Assembly: GCA_030693325.1 (NCBI GenBank)
Contig: JAUYAV010000019.1
Coordinates: forward strand, 1,324-65,323
Length of the DNA: 64,000 nt
Origin: a bacterium
GTDB taxonomy: Bacteria; Patescibacteriota; Minisyncoccia; UBA6257; MFKM01
Reading direction: 5' to 3'
Under the pieces are notes generated by a model that was given only the letters and a program-made list of their open reading frames with translations, was not told the origin of the DNA and did no database searches. The translations under genes were made by a program, and so were the position numbers. Below, piece after piece: positions 58,385 to 64,000 of the stretch. Positions within the stretch are counted from its first letter, which is position 1; every line of letters begins with the position of its first letter.

Positions 58385-58747
58385 ATTTTTCCCAAAACCT
58401 TTTCCGCCAGCCATTTCCGTTCAGATAAATTATCCTCGCTCGTCCTTAGAAGTCAACGAAAAATATCGAACTCAACCTCATCCGCCAACTGGCGGATTCG
58501 GGATTCAAACAGCGATATTTTTCTACTTCTTTCGTCCTCGCTCAGTAATTTATGGCTTCACTTCAACAGGCTGGCTAAGAAAAGATTTTGTGGAAAAAAT
58601 AACAGCAAACCAAACTTGTCTGAGAAAATATCCCGCAGGCGCTGAAAGCTTGGTTTCGCCGCAGGCGAATTTCAGCGCCGAGGGAAAAGAAATTCCGACC
58701 GCTGGAGTCGGAATATTCTGGTTTTCGAAGGCAAGTTTGGTTTGCTG
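58385..58747. other. Two adjacent long stem-loop elements (candidate ncRNA or MITE)
   Basis: Nested complementary segments read directly; strand unknown. Confidence 0.45.
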
Positions 58748-58859
58748 GAATCCAAGGAGACCTTACTAAAACTTTGCAAACTTGTGTTTTTCTAGTATTA
58801 TGCTATGCTTTTAAGGCCAAAGGTCGATAAGCATTACTAAAAAGCGAATAAATTCTATT

Positions 58860-59135
58860 ATGAAAAAAGACGGATTAGTAGAAGCAGTAATGAGCGCGGC
58901 CGGCCTTGAGACCAAAAAACAATCCCAAGAGGTGGTTGATGCTCTTTTTGATACTATTGTTAAAACTTTAGCCAAAGGGGAAGAGGTGGCTATCACGGGA
59001 TTTGGCGCTTTTCGCGTAGTCAAAAGAGCGGCTCGAATGGGAGTCAATCCTAAAACTGGCGAAAAAATTCAAATTGCCGCCTCAATTAAACCAAAATTCA
59101 AAGCTGGAAAAGTTTTTAAAGAAGCGGTTAAATAA
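58860..59135 (+). CDS. hup: HU DNA-binding protein
   Basis: GFGAF....RAARMGVNPKTGEKIQI......KFKAGK. Confidence 0.95.
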   Translation: MKKDGLVEAVMSAAGLETKKQSQEVVDALFDTIVKTLAKGEEVAITGFGAFRVVKRAARMGVNPKTGEKIQIAASIKPKFKAGKVFKEAVK

Positions 59136-59149
59136 ATCCGTGAAATAAC

Positions 59150-59190
59150 TAAAAACCCCTCCGATATAATGTCGGAAGGGTTTTTAGTTT
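59150..59190. terminator. Terminator after hup
   Basis: AAAAACCCCTCCGAT...GTCGGAAGGGTTTTT. Confidence 0.75.
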
Positions 59191-59244
59191 TGTTTGAGTA
59201 GCTTCCTCACAAAGCTACTTATTATCAAAGGACGCTGAGCGTCC

Positions 59245-60234
59245 TCAAATGAGCAACTTTTTGACAAGATTACTCATTTCAATAAAAATCTGATAAGTTT
59301 CTTTAATTTTACTTAAAGAATTTCCTACCAGACCTTTGATTGACAAAAATTGGTCCTCAATTGAAATTGAGGGGGTGGAAGTGCTGTTAGTCGAGCTGGT
59401 ATTCTCAATTGAAACGGATATTTCCGGAACAATTATTTTTTCGGTGGAAGAAGTGGTAATCGGAGTTGAAGCGCCGGTGAGCGTTGAGCTGGCGACGGAA
59501 AGTTTTTCTTCAATCAGCCAAAATCCGTCTTTAGCTTTTTGATAAAAATCCTTGGCTTCTTTGAGGGAATCGGCGGCCAAGTTTAATAGTTTTTCTAATC
59601 CGTCAACGCCTTCAAGGTTGGCTTTTTTAAGTTTTTTCACATCTGAAGATATTTTAGCGAATCTGTTTCCTGCCATTTCTAAGGTGGCTTTTTGCCGGTT
59701 TATCAAAAGAAAAGCGGTGGCGGCGGCTAATTCGGAATTATAATTCGTCTCCCGCCAATCCTTGAAAGATTGAGCCATTTCTTTTATTTTTGCCAGATTG
59801 ATTTCTTCGGGTTTTCCCAAAATATCTTTTTGTTCATTATAAAACTTGAGGAATCCTTCAAATTCTCCGAGGAATTGTTCTCTCAAAGAAATGGCTCTTT
59901 CTTCCAGATTATTCAAGGCCTTGAGTTGGCTGATAGTGTCTTCGGCTTCCTTGATTGAAAGGTCTAAAATTTTTGCGAAAATATCCAATCGCTGGTTCAA
60001 TTCCTGCTGCGCTTTTTCTTCGGGACTTAAGGCATTTGAATCTTTGGTGGTTATTAAATTTGTTGTGCTGTCCTTAACTCCCTGAACGCTTTCTTTGATG
60101 GTGTCAAAAGATTGTTGGAGATTGGCGGAAGCGAAATTTACCGTTATTAAACTAGCGGCGGAAACCAGGATAAAATATGTCAGGACGCTTAGCGTCCTTT
60201 TGGCAACGCTTAGCGTTTGCAGGATTTTCTTCAT
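59245..60234 (-). CDS. Secreted helical hypothetical protein
   Basis: Signal peptide, coiled coil, S/T-rich segment; third gene of sigma operon. Confidence 0.6.
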   Translation of the reverse strand: MKKILQTLSVAKRTLSVLTYFILVSAASLITVNFASANLQQSFDTIKESVQGVKDSTTNLITTKDSNALSPEEKAQQELNQRLDIFAKILDLSIKEAEDTISQLKALNNLEERAISLREQFLGEFEGFLKFYNEQKDILGKPEEINLAKIKEMAQSFKDWRETNYNSELAAATAFLLINRQKATLEMAGNRFAKISSDVKKLKKANLEGVDGLEKLLNLAADSLKEAKDFYQKAKDGFWLIEEKLSVASSTLTGASTPITTSSTEKIIVPEISVSIENTSSTNSTSTPSISIEDQFLSIKGLVGNSLSKIKETYQIFIEMSNLVKKLLI

Positions 60235-60818
60235 AATAAAATTTGGTCTAAAAGATTATCTATATCTTTATTATTTGAGGTATCGCTGTTTAATTGAGTT
60301 TGTTCTGACTCCAAAATAATCGGATTAAGGTGGCTGGTTTGTTTTGATGTTATCTCTTTAAGAGCCAGCGAAACCGTTTCACTGGTTTTCTGCGAATAAT
60401 CAATTTTAGCCAGTTGAATGTCAATATTTAAATTTTTAAATTCGGTTTCCAGGGCTTGAGCGTTAAGATTGGGAGCCGTGGGTTTCAAATTTGAATTATG
60501 CATCAGATTGCCGGAAATCAGGACCAAAAGCAGTCCGGCCACGGTAAAAACCAGCTGTCTATTAAACAATGGAAGTTTTCGATAAACAACCGGAGCGGCC
60601 AAAATAGCCGCTTTTGAAATTCGGCTGTATCCGGGGTCCGGTTGTATTTGCCTGAATTTTTTTAGGCTCTCAATGATATTTTCTAAGAATTTGAACCTCG
60701 CCCCGGGTTCATCTGAGGAAAAGGACGTAGCCAAAATAACCAGTTTGGAGCGCTGGCTGTATTCCGCGTCTGGCAGAATTTTTTTAAACTTCTTTAATTT
60801 TTCTATTATATTTTTCAT
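60231..60818 (-). CDS. Putative membrane anti-sigma factor (start ATG 60818)
   Basis: Overlaps ECF sigma 3' end; single TM; duplicated N-terminal motif. Confidence 0.6.
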   Translation of the reverse strand: MKNIIEKLKKFKKILPDAEYSQRSKLVILATSFSSDEPGARFKFLENIIESLKKFRQIQPDPGYSRISKAAILAAPVVYRKLPLFNRQLVFTVAGLLLVLISGNLMHNSNLKPTAPNLNAQALETEFKNLNIDIQLAKIDYSQKTSETVSLALKEITSKQTSHLNPIILESEQTQLNSDTSNNKDIDNLLDQILL

Positions 60819-61335
60819 TGACGATTTTTCTAATGTTTTCAAGAGATCGGTGTTGGGCAGTCCTAATCGCTCCTTCATTTTTTCCAAGAGCTACGGCGAT
60901 TTCTTCGTTAGTCATATCTTCCACAAATCTCATGATGATAATTGATTGCTGTTCTTCCGGAAGTTCCTTAAGGGCAGCCTTTATAATGTTCAATTCAAAT
61001 TCCTGATCTATTTTTTCTTCTAAATTATTAACAGCCGCGGTTTCTGCAATACTCTCCAGATTAAGATTCTTTTTATCGGTCCGGTAATAATCAATTACGG
61101 CGTTATGGGCGATCCGGTAAAGCCAGCTTGAGAAAGGGAAACCCTGGATTTTATATTTTTCAATATTTTGCCAGGCGCTCAGGAAAACTTGATGGGCCAG
61201 GTCTTCGGTCGTGACTTTATCCCCGATTTTTAATAGAATAAACCGATAAATAGCCGGCAAGTATTGGTCATAAAGCAAACCAAAAGCTTCCGGATCTCGG
61301 GTTTGGGCCTTTTTGATTAATTCTTCTTCTTTCAT
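60784..61335 (-). CDS. ECF sigma-70 factor
   Basis: AFGLLYDQY...IYRF, EDL...VF..AW, FSSWLYRIAHN..ID..R, LP.EQ, EIA..LG. Confidence 0.93.
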   Translation of the reverse strand: MKEEELIKKAQTRDPEAFGLLYDQYLPAIYRFILLKIGDKVTTEDLAHQVFLSAWQNIEKYKIQGFPFSSWLYRIAHNAVIDYYRTDKKNLNLESIAETAAVNNLEEKIDQEFELNIIKAALKELPEEQQSIIIMRFVEDMTNEEIAVALGKNEGAIRTAQHRSLENIRKIVNEKYNRKIKEV

Positions 61336-61370
61336 AGGTTAAAACGATAGAGCTGGGGATAAGTTACCGG

Positions 61371-61441
61371 AGCGGGTAGGGGGAATCGAACCCCCGGCAT
61401 CAGCTTGGAAAGCTGAGGTATTGCCACTATACGATACCCGC
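61371..61441 (-). tRNA. tRNA-Gly (TCC)
   Basis: Reverse complement GCGGGTA...TCAGC-TTTCCAA-GCTGA...GGTTCGATTCCCCCTACCCGCT. Confidence 0.93.
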
Positions 61442-61563
61442 AAGTATAATCTTATTATCTTTATTGTAGTGCGGGATTTTTTCCCTCTTTATTATGACAC
61501 GATTATTGGATATAATCTATAAATACTATAAATAATAGTTTAGAAGTCAACCCCCATACTAAA

Positions 61564-62181
61564 ATGAACAAAAAATTTTTAAGAAAAACATCGAACTGGG
61601 TTATATCAATTATCATTTTGGTTTTATTGGCCGTCATTGGCTGTGGAATTTGGTTTTTGGTGAGCAGAACTCCGGCTAAGCCGCCGGTTGAATTTTTGAC
61701 TGCCCGCGAACGGGGAGCGGAAATCAGCCAAAAAATTGCCGAATTGTCTTCAGCTACCGCCGAAAAAATCGCAGAGATTAATTCTTTGGATTTAAGCAAC
61801 GATTACGATAAAGCATTGAGCTTAAGTGAGGATGCTCAAACTAAAAACCGGGAGGTGCGGAATCAAGCCGTCAAATTGGGCAATGAAGTGCAGAAAATGG
61901 CGGAATTTTTGGATAAAGTTCCTTCTTCTAAAAGTCAGGAATTGGCGATGAAAGCCATCACTACGGAAATGTCCTTGTTAACCAATCTTATGCAATACAG
62001 CTCAATTCTTGACCAGTTTTTGGGCAATCTTAATTTGGCCTTTGCCACCTCCAAATCCGAGTATCGGCAAGCCGCCGCAAATAATCTTTCCGACCTTAAT
62101 CTTAAAACCAATACTATCAACAATCTTAACCGGCAATTCAGCGACCAGATGCGGGAATTTGATGAATCTTTTTCCCGTTAA
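61564..62181 (+). CDS. Membrane-anchored helical hypothetical protein
   Basis: N-terminal TM, coiled coil. Confidence 0.6.
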   Translation: MNKKFLRKTSNWVISIIILVLLAVIGCGIWFLVSRTPAKPPVEFLTARERGAEISQKIAELSSATAEKIAEINSLDLSNDYDKALSLSEDAQTKNREVRNQAVKLGNEVQKMAEFLDKVPSSKSQELAMKAITTEMSLLTNLMQYSSILDQFLGNLNLAFATSKSEYRQAAANNLSDLNLKTNTINNLNRQFSDQMREFDESFSR

Positions 62182-63618
62182 CTAGAAAAGTTGATTGAGA
62201 CGAATCTGATTTCCTTGAGGCGCGTCATTAACCACAATCCCTTTCCCCATTAATTGGTTTCTGATTTTATCGGCTTCCGAATATTTTTTTTCTTTTCTCA
62301 ATTTATCCCTTTTCTCCAATAAAGATTGGATATTTTTGTTTTTGAGCAATTCAGTTTTCTTGGCTTGATATTCTTTATAAGAAGGCTCAATAAAGCCCAA
62401 AACCGAGTCAATCTCAAAAATAAACTTTTTGATTTCTTTTGTCTGGCCGGCATTAAGATTGCCCATTAAATTATTAATTCCATTCATAAAATTAAATAAT
62501 TCCGCCAGCGCCGCGCTGATGTTCAAATCGTCATCAAACGCTTCTTCAAATTTTGTCCGGCAGTCGGTTATCAGTGGTTTTATTTTCAGATTGTTTTTTT
62601 CTTTATTTTTTACGAAATCCAACTCAATGAGAAAATTCAAAAATTTTGAAGCAATGGCTTTGGCTTCGTCAAAATTTTTGAAAGAAAAATCCAAAGTTTG
62701 CCGATAATGGGTTTTTAACAAAATTAATCTTAATAATAAAGGATTTATTTTTTTCGCTTCAATATCCTGGAGCGTGTAAAAATTGCCGAGCGACTTGGAC
62801 ATTTTTTGCCCTTCCACGATTAAATGGGCGTTATGAAGCCAATAATTCACGAATTTTTTGCCGGTGGCCGCTTCGGATTGGGCGATTTCATTGGTGTGGT
62901 GGGGGAAAATCAAATCAATGCCGCCGCCATGAATATCAAAATGCGGACTCAGATATTTCATAGACATTGCCGAACATTCAATGTGCCAGCCCGGCCGGCC
63001 TTTGCCCAAATCGGTCTGCCAAAAAACTTTGCCGTCGCTCGGCTTCCATGCCTTCCATAAAACAAAATCATTGATATTTTCTTTATTGTATTCATCTTGG
63101 GCGTTCAATCTATTTTCAATGTTCGGCTTTAAATCTTGTTTTTCAATTTGGGCCAGTTCTCCGTATTGCGGAAATTTTGATATTTTAAAATAAACCGACC
63201 CGTCTTCAGCTTTATAAGCGAATCCTTTTTTGAGCAATATTTTTATAAGATTAATCATTTCTCGGACATGCTCGGTGGCTTTCGGCATAACATCGGGCAG
63301 TTTGATATTTAAGGATTTTAAATCGCCGATAAAACCCCGCAAATAAAAATCAGTGAACGCTTTGAGAGTTTTTTTCTGATTTTGGCTTTCGCGGATTGTT
63401 TTATCGTCAACATCGGTGATATTCATCACGTATTTGATTTTCAAATTGCGATATTCAAAAAAGCGTCTTAAAAGGTCGGCAAAAATATAAGCGCGGAGAT
63501 TACCGATGGTGGCATAGTTGTAAACCGTGGGGCCGCAGACATAAAGTTTAACCAAGCCGGCTTTGATGGGTTTAAATTTTTCTATTTTATGGGTTAGGGT
63601 ATTAAATAGACGCAGCAT
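62182..63618 (-). CDS. cysS: Cysteine--tRNA ligase
   Basis: YVCGPTVY, NITDVDDK, DFVLWK, GRPGWHIECSAM, DIHGGG.DL.FPHH.NE.AQ, KMSKS.GN. Confidence 0.96.
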   Translation of the reverse strand: MLRLFNTLTHKIEKFKPIKAGLVKLYVCGPTVYNYATIGNLRAYIFADLLRRFFEYRNLKIKYVMNITDVDDKTIRESQNQKKTLKAFTDFYLRGFIGDLKSLNIKLPDVMPKATEHVREMINLIKILLKKGFAYKAEDGSVYFKISKFPQYGELAQIEKQDLKPNIENRLNAQDEYNKENINDFVLWKAWKPSDGKVFWQTDLGKGRPGWHIECSAMSMKYLSPHFDIHGGGIDLIFPHHTNEIAQSEAATGKKFVNYWLHNAHLIVEGQKMSKSLGNFYTLQDIEAKKINPLLLRLILLKTHYRQTLDFSFKNFDEAKAIASKFLNFLIELDFVKNKEKNNLKIKPLITDCRTKFEEAFDDDLNISAALAELFNFMNGINNLMGNLNAGQTKEIKKFIFEIDSVLGFIEPSYKEYQAKKTELLKNKNIQSLLEKRDKLRKEKKYSEADKIRNQLMGKGIVVNDAPQGNQIRLNQLF

Positions 63619-63728
63619 ACTTAGTATTGGTATTTCAAATGTGATTATTAATTCTTATTTTTATTTACTATTGTGATTCCACGATCGCGGAATTACAATA
63701 GTAATCTGAAAATTTGGTTTGTTTCAAT

Positions 63729-63802
63729 TGGTCGGGGCGCCGAGATTCGAACTCGGACTAAATCTTCCCAAAAGACTCGTGCGGCCACTACACTACGCCC
63801 CG
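63729..63802 (-). tRNA. tRNA-Pro (TGG) with encoded CCA
   Basis: Reverse complement CGGGGCG...AGTCT-TTTGGGA-AGATT...GTTCGAAT...CGCCCCGA-CCA. Confidence 0.92.
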
Positions 63803-63931
63803 TTTCTGATGAGTGAAATCAAACCACCTATTGAAATTTTAGGTTAAAAATTTTAAACTGTAAAATGAATTCTTGTGTTTCCCTCGTAGCTTAGCGGGCC
63901 AAGAAGTGTTTTTTCCTGTTTGCTAAAATAT

Positions 63932-64000
63932 CTCCCCGTAGTTCAACGGATAGAACGGAGGACTTCTAATCCTTCGATCGAGGTTCGATTCCTCGCGGGG
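63932..64000 (+). tRNA. tRNA-Arg (TCT), cut by window end
   Basis: CTCCCCG...GAGGA-CTTCTAA-TCCTT...GGTTCGATTCC. Confidence 0.88.

Noticed and set aside
58247-58645. 132-aa ORF overlapping the rny end
   Set aside because: Out-of-frame overlap with rny, no recognisable motifs; region better explained by secondary structure

Overview
Chromosomal window from a Patescibacteria (CPR, Parcubacteria-like) bacterium, standard genetic code; the assignment is inferred from gene content, gene order and the scarcity of Shine-Dalgarno sites. It spans the probable replication origin (dnaN-dnaA-rpmH-yidC-jag, with no rnpA/yidD at their usual place). It also holds a VirB4/PrgI/VirB6/pilin-like T4SS-type cluster, housekeeping genes (ruvB, ruvC, tyrS, rsmA, murD, murC, comM, pnp, rpsO, nusA, clpP, recA, ftsK, rny, hup, cysS) and 7 tRNAs. 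Most notable: (1) an unannotated 31-aa peptide gene between a radical SAM/SPASM gene and an APH-type kinase, a candidate RiPP system; (2) an (AG)23 tract frameshifting a leaderless small membrane-protein ORF just upstream of a 1088-aa mosaic pilin-adhesin, a candidate phase-variable switch; (3) toxin-antitoxin cassettes delimited by five copies of a 21-bp palindrome plus an 87-bp recA 3' duplication; (4) several families of MITEs and short palindromes inserted in-frame into core proteins; (5) period-9 and period-7 tandem repeats at gene junctions. All calls come from reading motifs by eye; no database searches were run.
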